Assembly: GCA_002719295.1 (NCBI GenBank)
Contig: PBHC01000007.1
Coordinates: 37,793-99,153 of the forward strand
Reading direction: 5' to 3'
DNA length: 61,361 nucleotides
Source of the DNA: Chloroflexota bacterium
GTDB lineage: Bacteria > Chloroflexota > Dehalococcoidia > Lucifugimonadales > Lucifugimonadaceae
This document shows positions 60,371-61,361 of the stretch, piece after piece; within the stretch, counting starts at the first letter, position 1, and each line of letters begins with the position of its first letter. Position numbers and translations under genes: made by a program. Under the pieces are notes generated by a model. That model ran no database searches. It worked only from the letters and a program-made list of their open reading frames with translations, and was not told where the DNA came from.

Positions 60371-60580
60371 ATGGCAGGAGAAAAAAAAGAAGTGATTTTT
60401 GAAATACAAGCAGACCTTGTTAATATGCTAGATCATCTAAAAGATAAATATGATTTAGCCTCTAAAGACAAGGCACTAAGATGTATTTTAGACTATGTTG
60501 CGACAGATGGAGATTGGGATGAAATCTTTAATGTTAGAAGATGTATAAGATGTGGAAGTAAAACTGGTTGGAAAGTATAA
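60371..60580 (+). CDS. small conserved-looking hypothetical protein with C-terminal CxxC
   Basis: SD GGAG before ATG; KALRCILDY, RCIRCG. Confidence 0.7.
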   Translation: MAGEKKEVIFEIQADLVNMLDHLKDKYDLASKDKALRCILDYVATDGDWDEIFNVRRCIRCGSKTGWKV

Positions 60581-60613
60581 TTTATTAGGTAATGGCCAAT
60601 AAATTACAAATTT

Positions 60614-61361
60614 ATGAAAAAAAAGATTTTATTCCCAACTTTATTATTACTTATTTTATTCGGGTGTAGAGGAGAAAAGACTGTTGATGAGGTCGTTGAA
60701 AGAATAGATTTGCCTAAAATTCCTAAAGAGATTTCTGTTGCTCCTGAGATAATTAAGAAAAATGTAGAAACTACTGTAGAAGTTTTAAGAGAAAAACCTA
60801 AGCCTATAAGAAAATTAAGGATATTTAATTCAACTCCCACCCCCACTGGAAGAATTTGGCCTGTATTAGATAAAATCAAAAAAAATGAACCGAGAAGGAT
60901 TGTTTACGAGACTACAGAAAACACAATATCTGTAGCTGAAAAAACTTTAGAGAATATATTAGATTTAGCTTTTAATCCAACTCCAACTCCTACTCCTACT
61001 CCAACTCCTACTCCAAAACCTAAAATCCCTTCTAATGATGAGAAAATAAGAAATACAAATCAAAATATACTTAATTCTAATATTTCAATGACAAGAGATA
61101 CTTTTTTAGCTATGGATGACATATGGCTAGAAGATTTAGGTAAAGAAAAGATCATGGGGGATGTTGATGGCCTCCAATGGGGAAGACTATTGATATCTGA
61201 AAATGAACGTTTTTATATAGGACAAGAAAAATTTGCAAATTTGTTTTCTGTTGGTTCAATAAAGGATGAGATTGGTTATTTCTACAGTACTCAAAGTGGT
61301 TATGCAAATCCAGATATTAAGTATGGTTACGTCGTTGATGGAGGTGAAGGTCTTTGTGGAA
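60614..61361 (+). CDS. lipoprotein with Pro-Thr repeat linker; truncated by window end
   Basis: MKKKILFPTLLLLILFGC lipobox; NPTPTPTPTPTPTPKP; frame open to the window end. Confidence 0.8.
   Translation, partial: MKKKILFPTLLLLILFGCRGEKTVDEVVERIDLPKIPKEISVAPEIIKKNVETTVEVLREKPKPIRKLRIFNSTPTPTGRIWPVLDKIKKNEPRRIVYETTENTISVAEKTLENILDLAFNPTPTPTPTPTPTPKPKIPSNDEKIRNTNQNILNSNISMTRDTFLAMDDIWLEDLGKEKIMGDVDGLQWGRLLISENERFYIGQEKFANLFSVGSIKDEIGYFYSTQSGYANPDIKYGYVVDGGEGLCG

Noticed and set aside
60604..60879. 91-aa minus-strand ORF, and other short antisense ORFs such as 1956-2396, 14805-15188 and 52100-52429
   Set aside because: They lie opposite well-supported genes and carry no recognisable motifs.
1..61361. 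Alternative genetic code or stop-codon recoding, suspected from the low GC
   Set aside because: Conserved proteins are full length under code 11, and TGA ends genes at expected C-termini (4541, 28807, 41086, 47076).

Overview
This is a very AT-rich, gene-dense bacterial chromosome segment using genetic code 11. It most likely comes from a marine Chloroflexota (Dehalococcoidia/SAR202-like) genome. That assignment is an inference from the Chloroflexi-type small membrane protein before uvrC, a Pro-Thr-repeat lipoprotein, and several enolase-superfamily, RraA, NIPSNAP and BVMO catabolic enzymes. The first ~28 kb is mostly housekeeping: apt, tRNA-Arg(TCG), tRNA-His, pepA, mtaB, fabF, recJ, lgt, xerD, uvrC, aroQ, trmL, xth, bioY, ung and an RRM protein. 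The rest is transport and catabolism of small organics: three enolase-family dehydratases, two GDPDs, amidohydrolases, a BVMO next to an esterase, tandem ketopantoate-reductase-like paralogues, an Aap-type amino-acid ABC transporter and a BMP nucleoside ABC transporter. I found no CRISPR, prophage, transposon or clear defence system, and no single new multi-gene system that the sequence alone can prove. The best leads are: (1) two genes, trmL and bioY, that appear to start at ATT after good Shine-Dalgarno sites; (2) promoter-proximal hairpin RNAs, including a ~50-nt SD-sequestering/terminator element with a CCCCUC loop and a relative sharing that loop motif; (3) a possible anti-SD switch in the aapJ leader; (4) enzymes with altered catalytic motifs; (5) tightly coupled catabolic operons of unknown substrate; and (6) orphan HTH and Met/His-repeat proteins.
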